Source: an uncultured Candidatus Binatia bacterium (GTDB lineage: Bacteria; Desulfobacterota; Binatia; Binatales; Binataceae). Taken from it: a DNA stretch of 64,000 nt. The stretch is from positions 60,440 to 124,439 of the forward strand of contig CAYSCX010000006.1 in assembly GCA_964429575.1 (NCBI GenBank), read 5' to 3'. Position numbers and translations under genes: made by a program. The notes below the pieces were generated by a model that had not been told where the DNA came from, ran no database searches, and saw only the letters and a program-made list of their open reading frames with translations. Shown here in pieces: positions 10,301 through 21,528 of the stretch (within the stretch, counting starts at the first letter, position 1; each line of letters starts with the position of its first letter).

Positions 10301-10591
10301 ATGATCCTTTGCCAGTGCTCCGGCGTTTCTGACGCCACCGTCGCCCGGCTCATCAAGGAAGGGGCCGGAACGGTCGGCGCCATCGCGCGTCGTTGCGGCG
10401 CGGGACGCTACTGCTCGCCCTGCCGCGCGGCGATCACCTCGATGCTTGGTCGCGTTTCGAGCCCGTCAAGGTATGATGACCGGCGCGGCGCCTCTTCGTG
10501 CGCGCAGTCGTGCCTCGATGGCAGCCTCTCAATCGCGCCGCCAAGGAGCATCGATGGTGAAGGGCAACTCGAAGCTCATCGACTCCCTTAA
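10301..10591 (+). CDS. bfd: Bacterioferritin-associated [2Fe-2S] ferredoxin
   Basis: N-terminal CxC and later CxxC; directly upstream of bfr, with a tail overlapping the bfr start. Confidence 0.85.
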   Translation: MILCQCSGVSDATVARLIKEGAGTVGAIARRCGAGRYCSPCRAAITSMLGRVSSPSRYDDRRGASSCAQSCLDGSLSIAPPRSIDGEGQLEAHRLP

Positions 10592-11036
10592 CGAGATCCT
10601 TACCCAGGAACTCACCGGCATTAACCAGTACTTCGTGCATTCCATGATGTGCGAGAACTGGGGCTACCAACGGCTCGCCTCCAAGATTCGCAAGGAATCG
10701 ATGGGCGAGATGAAGCACGCTGAGGAGTTGGTCGAGCGCATCCTGCACCTGGGCGGCGTCCCCAACCTTCAACGTCTGGACAAGATCAAAGTCGGTGAGA
10801 AGGTGCCGGAGCAACTCAAGCTCGACATGGACCTCGAAGCCGCCGCGGTCGCGCGCCTCAACAAGGCGGTCGCGCTCGCGGTCGAGCACGGCGACAACGT
10901 CACCCGCGAGATGCTCGAGGGGATGCTCAAGTCAGAGGACGATCACCTGCACTGGCTCGAAACGCAACTCGAGCTTCTCAAGCAGGTTGGCGAGCACAAC
11001 TACCTCGCCCAGCAGATTCGCGAAGAAGAGGACTGA
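10554..11036 (+). CDS. bfr: Bacterioferritin
   Basis: ELTGINQYFVH, EMKHA (heme-ligating Met), EDDH; AAGGAG RBS before ATG 10554. Confidence 0.97.
   Translation: MVKGNSKLIDSLNEILTQELTGINQYFVHSMMCENWGYQRLASKIRKESMGEMKHAEELVERILHLGGVPNLQRLDKIKVGEKVPEQLKLDMDLEAAAVARLNKAVALAVEHGDNVTREMLEGMLKSEDDHLHWLETQLELLKQVGEHNYLAQQIREEED
10866..11030 (+). repeat. 165-bp exact direct repeat, copy 1 (bfr 3' end)
   Basis: Identical base by base to 13910-14074. Confidence 0.97.
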
Positions 11037-11069
11037 CGGCGGGACTTGATTCGCAACGCGCCGCGGCGG

Positions 11070-11483
11070 TCAGCGCATCGCGCTCGACGTTCGGTGCTTC
11101 GCGATGCTGGTGCCCGGCCATCGCGAGCGGGCCGCGTCGCCGCTGCCGGCGGAGCGTCCCCGTCCAGAGCCCGTGCTGCGGGCCGACGCGCTGCTCCTTG
11201 AATCAGACCGCTCGCGCGACGCTTTAGCGCCTTTCAAATTTGCGTGTTTCGGCCTTTAGCGGCTCCACGCTTCGCCACCTGAGCCGAAATCGCCGGGCAC
11301 CATCTGCTCCGCAGTCTTGCCGATCTTTCGGGCGCCTGCTGCGGTGCCCTTCGAAGCGGCACCCACTGCCGTGCCGTACTCGACTATCGCCTGCGCGTCA
11401 GCGTCGCGCACCGAAAGCATCGCGAGAAAAATGACCGCCGATGCGGTGACGAACAGAAAGGATGCGGAAGCGGCCGATCGTAT
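11070..11483 (-). pseudogene. Degraded paralog of the secreted protein at 14388-14744
   Basis: Manual translation: hydrophobic leader, ADAQAIVEYGT..ARKIGKTA, internal TAA at 11256-11258, then RWPGTSIAKH; no ATG at the expected start. Confidence 0.75.
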
Positions 11484-11656
11484 TGCGTGCCTTCGTCAGC
11501 GCCCACCCGAGATCACTTCAACGCCATCTGCTAGGGTTATTGCGTAGCTCCCAGCGTTTGCGCGACCTCCATTCCAGGCTGCTGCGAGTCGCATCGTTTG
11601 ATCCTCTGTGCGCTCGGGCCGGCAAGTCGGAATCGGGCGCACCAAGCGGAAGGTCG

Positions 11657-12679
11657 ATGTTCAAGCATCTGAGAGGGTCCGAACTCCGCAGGCTCGTTGC
11701 GCTGATGCGGTTTCCCGACGATCGTGTCCGTCGGGAGGAATTTGAGCACCGCAAGGCACACCTGCACTTTCGCAGCGCATTGTGGCTGAAACAGCATCCT
11801 GCCGACGCCAATCCTGACCGCATGACAGCTGCCGAGGTCGTCGAGCTTCTGCGAGCGGATAGACGGGCGGGTGCTCTTGTCCGCCTGAAGAAGATGGAGG
11901 AGCACTATGCTGACGTGGCTCGCCTGGACGCTACCGAAGTAGAGCGCAGATTATCAGCGGCTGCGCCACGCGATCCGGGTGTATCCCCCTACAAGCGCGC
12001 TCTTGTCCGCGGTGAGGATCCGCGACGACGGACCGCGCTGGAGATTCTCCGGCAAATTCCAATCGCGCGACGACGTCTCGAACAAGGGCAGGAGTCGTGG
12101 GAACTAGCCCAGATTGAGCGCCTGAATGCGCTCGCAAATGGCCTGTTGACGGCTCCCCACACGCGAAGGGGTCTCAACGTAGAGGCCGACAAGGTCCTAT
12201 GGGTGGAAGGCCCCAACGACGTGCCTGTGTTCGGAGCCTGGCTTTCTAAGTGTCCTGAGCGCGGCAATCAGGTTCTGGCTATTCTGCCGTTAGCTGGGCA
12301 CCAGTCGGCTAGCCACAATTTCGATCTTAAGCAGCTACTCAGTGTCAATTCCTGTTGTTTGATAATCTTGGACAGCGAGAGAACCAAACGGAGTGGAAGG
12401 CCGGAACTCGCAAGGTTGAAGGCAGCGCGTAAGATGAAGGCACACGACATTCCTCATCTCTTGACGGAACGACGCGCGACCGAAAATTACTACCCCAGCA
12501 AGGCGCTCGCGGTCGTTTGCAAAGGCGTGCCTACTAAGCTTGATCACTTTGCGGAGTTAAGTAAGCAGGTCCCGGAATTCTCGAAGAGAAGACATGGCGC
12601 CCTGGTCGCTCAGGCGATGGATTGGAGCGACATCGCGGACACGGACATCGGACGAGCGCTTTCAGATTTCCTGAAATGA
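11657..12679 (+). CDS. OLD-family-like TOPRIM domain protein with an unknown helical N-terminus
   Basis: VLWVEGPND, IILDSE and RATENYY motifs; no Walker A/B. Confidence 0.65.
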   Translation: MFKHLRGSELRRLVALMRFPDDRVRREEFEHRKAHLHFRSALWLKQHPADANPDRMTAAEVVELLRADRRAGALVRLKKMEEHYADVARLDATEVERRLSAAAPRDPGVSPYKRALVRGEDPRRRTALEILRQIPIARRRLEQGQESWELAQIERLNALANGLLTAPHTRRGLNVEADKVLWVEGPNDVPVFGAWLSKCPERGNQVLAILPLAGHQSASHNFDLKQLLSVNSCCLIILDSERTKRSGRPELARLKAARKMKAHDIPHLLTERRATENYYPSKALAVVCKGVPTKLDHFAELSKQVPEFSKRRHGALVAQAMDWSDIADTDIGRALSDFLK

Positions 12680-12969
12680 ATAAGCGCCAGCGCTCGTACA
12701 CTGGGACTCTTCTGGAGGTCCGGGGCTTCCATTTCTTCTTGGAGTTGGTGGAGGAGTTCCCGACGCGGCCTTCAACGTACCGCCCAGGTCTTGCTACGTC
12801 ACGTCGGATCGACTGATGTAGTGAACATCATGAGATTTGCGCCCCGACCGTTACGTCGGATCATGCGATAGGAGCTGGAAGTGGCCGCTAGGTTGGCACT
12901 GGATCGGTGCCAAAAACGTGCCGTTTGAACAGGGTGGGTGTTGCCGCAATCGTACGCAACCGCGTGTCG

Positions 12970-13794
12970 TCAGACTGCATCGATCTTCTCGGCCAGCGGA
13001 TGGCTCTTCAAGGCCTCAAGAGCTGCATCAGTATCCGGGAAAAGATTGTAATTGGGAACGTTGCAAGCAACCTTACCAATCTCTCCCTCGTAGAACTCTC
13101 GCTCGCAAACAAAGCTGAGAAAATGAATGCGTTCTTGGATCAGTCGCGCCGCGGCGCGTCGGTTGTCAGGCTCAAATAGTCCTTGGACTAGGCGACCCGA
13201 AATCCGATGGAGCAGCGGTAACTGGTGTGGCCGAAAGAGCTGCGGCCCATAGGCAATTTCACAGTAGTCGCCGGAGTCACCGCCGTGGAGGAGGAAACCA
13301 CGCATGTCGATCAATATCATGTGAATGGAATCGCCTACCGGTGGAAACTTCGTCGGCGCGCTTCCAGCCAGAACCTTCTCGCTGATTTTCCCCTGGGCTC
13401 TAATAATCTCCCCCGCTTCGCTGCGGTCTGGATCATCAGGCGTTGGCACCAGAAGCGCTTCGGAGAGCGGCCCTACTTTTCTGGTAGCTCGTCGTGTAGC
13501 TGCGCTTGTCCTAACGCTCACGAGTTCGATCAGCCAAGCGGGCGATGTATCAGTGCGAAAATCAACGCTAGAGTCTCCGATCCCTGTCCCATATTCGTAG
13601 GTAGCCGAGCTTCCTGCCAGGAACAGTTCATGCGTGTAGCGCACCTCGAACATAAGGGGCATATTTTCCTCTCGGATTCCGCCCGCATGCTCCAGGCGTG
13701 ACAAAAGTGGTCTTGTCCAAGAGACGGCCGCGAGAGCTTCAAGCGCGCGCTTGGTGCGGTCAAACTCCCTGAGAGTGATTCGGTCCAGCAACAT
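12970..13794 (-). CDS. Hypothetical protein, possible PD-(D/E)xK nuclease fold
   Basis: Long ORF in an AT-richer islet; SVDF...WLIELVS pattern. Confidence 0.55.
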   Translation of the reverse strand: MLLDRITLREFDRTKRALEALAAVSWTRPLLSRLEHAGGIREENMPLMFEVRYTHELFLAGSSATYEYGTGIGDSSVDFRTDTSPAWLIELVSVRTSAATRRATRKVGPLSEALLVPTPDDPDRSEAGEIIRAQGKISEKVLAGSAPTKFPPVGDSIHMILIDMRGFLLHGGDSGDYCEIAYGPQLFRPHQLPLLHRISGRLVQGLFEPDNRRAAARLIQERIHFLSFVCEREFYEGEIGKVACNVPNYNLFPDTDAALEALKSHPLAEKIDAV

Positions 13795-13909
13795 GAACAC
13801 GACTGTAGCATCAGCGGGTGGCCTCGACACTCCGATTGGCCCGAAGCAACCAACCGGCAGCAGGTACCAACTGACGCCTAATCGATATACGAATGCGTGG
13901 TAGCTCGCC

Positions 13910-14077
13910 GCGGTCGCGCTCGCGGTCGAGCACGGCGACAACGTCACCCGCGAGATGCTCGAGGGGATGCTCAAGTCAGAGGACGATCACCTGCACTGGC
14001 TCGAAACGCAACTCGAGCTTCTCAAGCAGGTTGGCGAGCACAACTACCTCGCCCAGCAGATTCGCGAAGAAGAGTAG
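13910..14077 (+). repeat. 165-bp exact direct repeat, copy 2 (orphan bfr 3' fragment ending EEE-stop)
   Basis: Matches 10866-11030, then TAG instead of GAC TGA. Confidence 0.97.
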
Positions 14078-14154
14078 CGTGCGGCGGCGGCGCGAAGTTC
14101 GCGAGTCGCGCTAGCGCAGCGCATGCGGCGCGCGCAGGTTGGAGCGTTCGAGTC

Positions 14155-14391
14155 CTAGCAGGCCGTTGAAAAAGTCATTTTCAACAGCCTGCTCCCTCTC
14201 TCTCGCGCGTCTCCCCCAGAGGGGAGCTTTGCATAACCGACGACCTAACCCCTGGCCCCTTCCCTAAAGGGAAGGGGAACCGGGAAAGGGAAGGGGGAGA
14301 AGATTAGGAAGGCAGCCGACTTTCACGCAGGGTGTTGAGGGCCAAGTCGATGCCGGCTTGGAACTCGAGGCTTTTCTCAACACCCTGCTAG
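14155..14391. mobile_element. MITE-like element copy 1, CTAG-flanked, with a nested REP-like hairpin
   Basis: ctagCAGGCCGTTGAAAA...TTTTCTCAACACCCTGctag; similar to 16456-16642 and 59097-59257; extra cctaacccc..ccccttccc/gggaagggg hairpin. Confidence 0.75.
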
Positions 14392-14744
14392 TACTTCGAG
14401 AGGCTGGTCCCGGGCCATCGCGCCGCACCCGAAGCGCTCGGGTTTGCGGAGCGCGCGTTGCCGGATCGGCGCGGGCGAGACGATCTTTGCGCTGATCTCT
14501 TGTTGCGGCCGGAGCCTTTGCTGGGCTCGGCGCGCCGGTACCCGCCCGCGGCCGCTTCGCCGCTACGCTTCATCGAATCCGCAGTTGCCTGGCCGATACT
14601 CTTTGCGCCCTGCGCCGCTGAGCTTGCGCCGCCGGTGGTCGTGCCGTACTCGACCGCGGCCTGCGCATGGGCGCGCGGCGTAAATCCGCAGATCACTATG
14701 GCCGAAACTGCCAGCACCACCAGGCCCATCACGACTGATTTCAT
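14388..14744 (-). CDS. Small secreted protein with a basic low-complexity tail
   Basis: GGAG RBS, signal peptide ending AHA, conserved with the pseudogene paralog. Confidence 0.75.
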   Translation of the reverse strand: MKSVVMGLVVLAVSAIVICGFTPRAHAQAAVEYGTTTGGASSAAQGAKSIGQATADSMKRSGEAAAGGYRRAEPSKGSGRNKRSAQRSSRPRRSGNARSANPSASGAARWPGTSLSKY

Positions 14745-14975
14745 TCTCCGCTCCGCACAAAGCGCGACGACTTGATATAGAAGCCTAGACGCGGTTTGCC
14801 GGTGCATTCAAGTGGCACCATCGCGAAGTGACAAAACCGCGCGCAATGCGGGGGATTAATCGCAACTCCGCCCCGGCAAATTAAGTGCCGATTCTGCGCG
14901 CACCTGCTTGAGCGCGCTTCGCCGCGGCGGATAGTCTCAGGCATCGCAACCCACGACGAAATCGTCATCGCGCCG

Positions 14976-16223
14976 GTGCGCCGTTCGCTCGACGCGACGG
15001 TCGAAGTCCCCGGCTCCAAGAGCATCACCAATCGTGCGTTGTTGCTCGCCGCGCTCGCATCGGGACGCTCGATCATCGAGCGCGCGCTGATGAGCGACGA
15101 CACTCGCCACATGAGTGAGGTGCTGAGCGCGCTCGGATTTAACATCGAGACCGACCAGTCCGCGCAACGCATCACGGTTGACGGCCTCGGTGGCCGCATT
15201 CCGTCGTCGGGCGCTGAGTTGTACGTCGGAGGCGCCGGCACCGCAATGAGATTCATCGCGGGAGTGCTCACGCTCTCGCGCGGTCGTTTTCGGATGGACG
15301 GGAACGAGCAGATGCGCCGGCGTCCGGTCGGACCGCTGCTCGACGCACTTCAGCGCCTCGGCGCGAGCATCTACAGCGAACGCGAGAACGGCTGCCCGCC
15401 GGTGATCGTTGACACCACCCGCGGCGTGTTCGAGGGCGGCGAGACGACGATCGATGCGCGGGTATCGTCGCAATTCGTCTCCGCGCTACTGATGCCCGCG
15501 CCGCTATGGCCGCGCGGCGTCACGCTGCACGTCCATGGCGACACCGCGCGTCCGTTCATCGACATGACGCTGAAGCTGATGTCGGTGTGGGGCGTCACGA
15601 GCAGAACCGAGGAGCATTCGATCATCGTGCGCGGCGGGCAAAGTTACCGCGCGCAGTGCTACGTGGTGGAACCCGACGCATCCAGCGCTAACTATTTCGC
15701 CGCCGCGGCGGCGCTGATCGGCGGCCGCGTACGCATCAAAGGTATCGCGCCCGACTCGGTACAGGGCGACATCGGTTTCCTTTCGCTGCTCGCGCGGATG
15801 GGCGCCGCGGTGGTTTGGCGCGACGGCGGCGTTGAAGTGACCGGCACCGGCAAGCTCGCCGGCATCGACGTTGAGATGACCGCGATGCCCGACATGGTCG
15901 CGACGCTCGCCGCGCTCGCTCCGTTCGCACTTTCGATGACCAGGATCCGCGGCGTCGGTTTCATCCGCCATCACGAAAGCGACCGCATCAAGGCAATCGC
16001 GACCGAACTCAAACGCCTCGGCGCGACGGTGCGTCAAACCGACGATGGCCTTGAGATCGAACCGTCGAAGCTCACGTCCGCGGCAATCGAAACGTACGAC
16101 GACCATCGCATCGCGATGTCGTTCGCATTGACGGGTCTCAAGTTGGCGGGGGTCCGAATCAAGAACCCCGGTTGCGTGGCTAAGACTTTTCCGAAGTTCT
16201 TCGAGAAACTCGCGTCGCTATAG
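14976..16223 (+). CDS. aroA: 3-phosphoshikimate 1-carboxyvinyltransferase
   Basis: PGSKSITNRA, AGTAMRF, SSQFVSALL, HESDRI, DDHRIAM, KTFP. Confidence 0.97.
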   Translation: MRRSLDATVEVPGSKSITNRALLLAALASGRSIIERALMSDDTRHMSEVLSALGFNIETDQSAQRITVDGLGGRIPSSGAELYVGGAGTAMRFIAGVLTLSRGRFRMDGNEQMRRRPVGPLLDALQRLGASIYSERENGCPPVIVDTTRGVFEGGETTIDARVSSQFVSALLMPAPLWPRGVTLHVHGDTARPFIDMTLKLMSVWGVTSRTEEHSIIVRGGQSYRAQCYVVEPDASSANYFAAAAALIGGRVRIKGIAPDSVQGDIGFLSLLARMGAAVVWRDGGVEVTGTGKLAGIDVEMTAMPDMVATLAALAPFALSMTRIRGVGFIRHHESDRIKAIATELKRLGATVRQTDDGLEIEPSKLTSAAIETYDDHRIAMSFALTGLKLAGVRIKNPGCVAKTFPKFFEKLASL

Positions 16224-16455
16224 GCCGCGCGCCATGCCTCGCCGCCGCGCGGTCCGCGCCTCTCCCGTTACTTCACGGGGGAGAGGGCGCCGGCTGCCGA
16301 GCTGCGAGTACGATGCGAATGATAACTACACTCGGCCAACGGGAACGATGCACCACGCCGGCGCGGTACTCATCGCACCGCCGGCATGGAATGCCGCGAG
16401 GTCACCGGCGGGCGAGGGTGCCGCTCTGCGCGAGGCGACCAAGAACCATGCTGAT

Positions 16456-16642
16456 CTAGCAGGCTGCGGGGAAAGGCTTCGCAGCCTGCTCCCTCTCTCT
16501 TATCTCCCCCTGGTCAGGGGGAGAAGATTGAGGAAGGAAGCCCGATCCTTCGCCCATGGCTCAGGACAAGGTTTTCATGCAGGGTGCTAGCGTGGTTGCT
16601 GACCGCATCGCACCTTGGATCGCTTTTTCCGCACCCTGCTAG
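16456..16642. mobile_element. MITE-like element copy 2
   Basis: ctagCAGGCTGCGG...TTTTTCCGCACCCTGctag; internal gcctgctccctctctc and ggggagaagatt shared with other copies. Confidence 0.7.
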
Positions 16643-17061
16643 TGCTGCGCGACGCGGAGCGATGCTGCCTGCTTGCGTGCACGTGCGAGCTGTAGCGCGT
16701 GCTCGGCGGCGGGATATTCCGCATCGTAAAAGCTGGTCGATCCGAACTTCGATTCCGCCCCTTGAACATCCGCATCGACTGCCGCGCGATCCAGCCCCTC
16801 GGGAGACTCGGCGCCGTCCGCGAGCATCGTCATCGCGCCGTCCTTGACCTCAGCGAGCCCGCCGGTGACTACGTAGTTTTCCAGCGCGCCGTCGCCGCGG
16901 CGAATCACGACCACACCGGGTACCAATGACGTGATGAAGTCGGTGTGCTGTGGCAGCACGCCGAACTCGCCGAGCGGTCCGTACGCCGTCACCTGTTCGA
17001 CCGAGCCGTTGAATACTGCGCCGGTGGGCGTGACGAGCTGGAACTGGAACGTCAATGCCAT
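16639..17061 (-). CDS. atpC: ATP synthase F1 epsilon subunit
   Basis: LVTP, GEFGVLPQH, GGLAEV; operon position. Confidence 0.95.
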   Translation of the reverse strand: MALTFQFQLVTPTGAVFNGSVEQVTAYGPLGEFGVLPQHTDFITSLVPGVVVIRRGDGALENYVVTGGLAEVKDGAMTMLADGAESPEGLDRAAVDADVQGAESKFGSTSFYDAEYPAAEHALQLARARKQAASLRVAQH

Positions 17062-17076
17062 CGCGCCGCGCCGCCG

Positions 17077-18525
<1,449 letters not shown>

Positions 18526-18544
18526 TCATTTCAATTGCTACGCG

Positions 18545-19399
18545 CTAGCCGCGCAACGCCTCGGAACCGCCCACGATATCCATCAACTCGCGGGTGATTT
18601 GAGCCTGCCGCGCGCGGTTCATTTCGAGCGTCAGCGACTGAATCATTTTTTGCGCGTTGGTGGTCGCGTTGTCCATCGCGGTCATGCGCGCGCCCTGTTC
18701 CGACGCCTCGGCCTCCAGCAGCGCGTGATAAACCGCCATTTCTGTGTAGGTGCGCAAAACTACCGGCACCAGATCGTCACGGTTGGGTTCGAACAGGTAG
18801 TTCGCCGGCTGCTTGTCAGCGGCGTCCGCGGCTTCGATCGGCAAGAGCTTCTCGTAGGTCGGATGCTGCGTGAGCGCCGAGACGAAGCGACTGTAAACGA
18901 TACCGATCTCGCTGGCCTCGCCGCTTCGGAAGTCGGAGAGAAGCCGCTGCGCAATATCGCGCGCGAGTCCGATGGACGCGAGCTTGGGGCGGAAATCCAT
19001 GCGCTGGCCCGCCAGCGCGATTTGATACCGGCGGTAGTGATCGACCGCCTTCTTTCCGACCGCGAACAGGCGCGGCTCAATCCCTTGCTCGCGCACGCGC
19101 TGGGACACCGCCTGTGCATTGTTCAGAACGTTCGTGTTGTAGCTGCCGCATTGGCCGCGATCCGCCGCGACCACCACGATCAACGCGGCACGCCGCGCGC
19201 CCTCGGGCGCAGCGATTTGCTGCGATGCGAGTACGGAGTCGGCCACCCGCGTGAGCGCCTCGCCGTACGGCCGCGCATTCATCAGCGCGTCCTGCGCGCG
19301 GCGCAGCCTGGCCGCCGCGACCAGCTTCATCGCGCGCGTAATTTGCTGCGTCGATTTGGTGGACGCGATCCTGCGCCGGATCGCCTTGAGACTCGCCAT
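18545..19399 (-). CDS. atpG: ATP synthase F1 gamma subunit
   Basis: ITRAMKLVAA, ARMTAMDNAT, NRARQAQIT. Confidence 0.99.
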   Translation of the reverse strand: MASLKAIRRRIASTKSTQQITRAMKLVAAARLRRAQDALMNARPYGEALTRVADSVLASQQIAAPEGARRAALIVVVAADRGQCGSYNTNVLNNAQAVSQRVREQGIEPRLFAVGKKAVDHYRRYQIALAGQRMDFRPKLASIGLARDIAQRLLSDFRSGEASEIGIVYSRFVSALTQHPTYEKLLPIEAADAADKQPANYLFEPNRDDLVPVVLRTYTEMAVYHALLEAEASEQGARMTAMDNATTNAQKMIQSLTLEMNRARQAQITRELMDIVGGSEALRG

Positions 19400-19431
19400 G
19401 GTTCAGTCGAATGCTGGTGCCGCGACCACTG

Positions 19432-20976
19432 CTATGCGGCGCGCGCACCGTCCTGCTTGCGGTGTTCCGCGAGGAACTCCTCGAGATACCTGTCGAGCGC
19501 GGCGGTTATCTTGTTGCGTAGTTCATCCGTCAACTCGCGCTTGGTGCGCACCTCGTCGAGCAGGTCCGCGTGGCGCACATCCAGATAGTCGTAGAGGCCG
19601 CGCTCGAACGGCCTGATCTGCTCGACCGAGAGCTTGTCGAAATAGCCCTGGTTGCCGGCGAAGATGATCATCACCTGCTTCTCAATCGGAATTGGTGAGT
19701 ATTGCTCCTGCTTGAGCATTTCCGTGAGCCGTGCGCCGCGGCTGAGCAGCCGCTGGCTCGACGCGTCCAAGTCCGACGCGAATTGCGCGAATGCCGCCAT
19801 CTCGCGGTATTGCGCAAGGTCGAGTTTCAGCGTGCCTCCCACTTGGCGCATCGCACGAATTGACGCCGAGAATCCCACCCGCGACACCGAAAGTCCGACG
19901 TTGACGGCGGGGCGTACGTTCGAGTTGAACAGGTCGGTGTCGAGCATGATCTGACCGTCGGTGATCGACCAGACGTTGGTTGGGATGTATGACGCAACGT
20001 CGCCTGCCTGCGTCTCGATGATCGGAAGCGCCGTCAGCGAACCGCCACCCATTTCCTGGTTGAGCTTCGCCGCGCGCTCCAGAAGCCGCGAGTGAAGATA
20101 GAAGACGTCGCCCGGGTACGCCTCGCGTCCCGGCGGGCGGCGAAGCAGCAGCGAGAGTTGCCGGTACGACTGCGCATGCTTGGTGAGATCATCGTAGATG
20201 ACCAGCGCGTGACGACTAGAGTCGCGGAAGTACTCCGCCATCGTGCATCCGCTGTACGGCGCGATGAATTGCAGCGGAGCGGATTCCGACGCGGTCGCCG
20301 CGATGACGGTGGTGTAGTCCATCGCACCGTAGCGCCGCAGCCTCTCGACCAGCTGCGCGACCGTGGAGCGTTTCTGCCCGACCGCGATGTAAAAGCACTG
20401 CACATTCTGACCGCGCTGATTGATGATCGTGTCGATCGCAATCGCGGTCTTCCCGGTCTGCCGGTCTCCGATGATCAGTTCGCGCTGGCCGCGCCCTATC
20501 TGCGTGGTTGAGTCGATAACCTTGATACCGGTTTGAAGCGGCTCCTTGACGGGCTGGCGGCGAATGATACCGGGCGCCTTTATCTCAATTCGGCGCGTCT
20601 GGGTCGATTTGATCGGTCCCTTCTCGTCGATCGGCTGTCCGAGCGCGTTGACCACGCGGCCCAACAGCGCCTCGCCGACCGGCACCTCGGCGATTCTGCC
20701 GGTGCGCTTAACCTCGTCACCCTCGCCAATCGCCTGCGGATCGCCGAACAACACCGCGCCGACGTTGTCCTCTTCGAGGTTCAGCACCATCCCGAAGACT
20801 TGATGGGGAAATTCGAGCAACTCGCCCTGCGCCGCATTCTGCAATCCGTAGATGCGCGCGATGCCGTCGCCGCATGAAAGCACGCGTCCGGTTTCGCGCA
20901 CCGATATGCTGCCCTCGAATCCCTTGATCTCGTTCTTCAGGATTTCGCTGATTTCGGACGGTCTGATTTCCGCCAT
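19432..20976 (-). CDS. atpA: ATP synthase F1 alpha subunit
   Basis: [32 protein letters not shown]. Confidence 0.99.
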   Translation of the reverse strand: MAEIRPSEISEILKNEIKGFEGSISVRETGRVLSCGDGIARIYGLQNAAQGELLEFPHQVFGMVLNLEEDNVGAVLFGDPQAIGEGDEVKRTGRIAEVPVGEALLGRVVNALGQPIDEKGPIKSTQTRRIEIKAPGIIRRQPVKEPLQTGIKVIDSTTQIGRGQRELIIGDRQTGKTAIAIDTIINQRGQNVQCFYIAVGQKRSTVAQLVERLRRYGAMDYTTVIAATASESAPLQFIAPYSGCTMAEYFRDSSRHALVIYDDLTKHAQSYRQLSLLLRRPPGREAYPGDVFYLHSRLLERAAKLNQEMGGGSLTALPIIETQAGDVASYIPTNVWSITDGQIMLDTDLFNSNVRPAVNVGLSVSRVGFSASIRAMRQVGGTLKLDLAQYREMAAFAQFASDLDASSQRLLSRGARLTEMLKQEQYSPIPIEKQVMIIFAGNQGYFDKLSVEQIRPFERGLYDYLDVRHADLLDEVRTKRELTDELRNKITAALDRYLEEFLAEHRKQDGARAA

Positions 20977-20994
20977 AACCTCGAACTCCGCCGG

Positions 20995-21528
20995 CTAACC
21001 CGCAAGCCTGCGCTGCGCCTGTGCGAGTCTGTGCGCGAGACTTCCGTCGTAGGTCTTTCCTTCCAGCTCCGCGACCACCCCGCCAATCAACGACGTATCG
21101 ACGTTGACGGTGGGAATAATCTGTTTGCGCGCGATCGACGCCAGTCCCGCGACGACGCGCTGTATCTGCGCATCGGAGGGCGGCGCCGCGAACGTCAGCG
21201 ATGCGCGCGCACGCCCCAGCAACTGATCGACCAGGTCCTGGTACGCGTCCGAAATCGCCGCCATTTCCGAGATGCGTCCGTGACGCGCGACCACTACCGC
21301 CAGCGATCGCAATGGGAAGCTCAGTTCAAGCCGCTCCGCGATCTTCGCCATCGCCTGCTGGCGCGACTCCAGCGAAAGTTGCGGTGACGCGAGCCGTTCG
21401 CGCAACTCCGGCGACTCGACCATCGCAGCGAATTTCTTCAATTCTTCGCCCCACTGCTCGGCTTGCGACCGCCCGGCAAGCTCGAGCAACGCGCGTGCGT
21501 AGCGCCTTGCTACCCGCGTCCCCCTCAT
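20995..21528 (-). CDS. atpH: ATP synthase F1 delta subunit
   Basis: ARRYARAL, LIGG..YDGS; operon position. Confidence 0.95.
   Translation of the reverse strand: MRGTRVARRYARALLELAGRSQAEQWGEELKKFAAMVESPELRERLASPQLSLESRQQAMAKIAERLELSFPLRSLAVVVARHGRISEMAAISDAYQDLVDQLLGRARASLTFAAPPSDAQIQRVVAGLASIARKQIIPTVNVDTSLIGGVVAELEGKTYDGSLAHRLAQAQRRLAG

Noticed and set aside
10446-10553. Extended bfr start
   Set aside because: RBS and family N-terminus support ATG 10554
13893-14169. Short ORFs over the second bfr fragment
   Set aside because: Off-frame readings of the duplicated bfr 3' end
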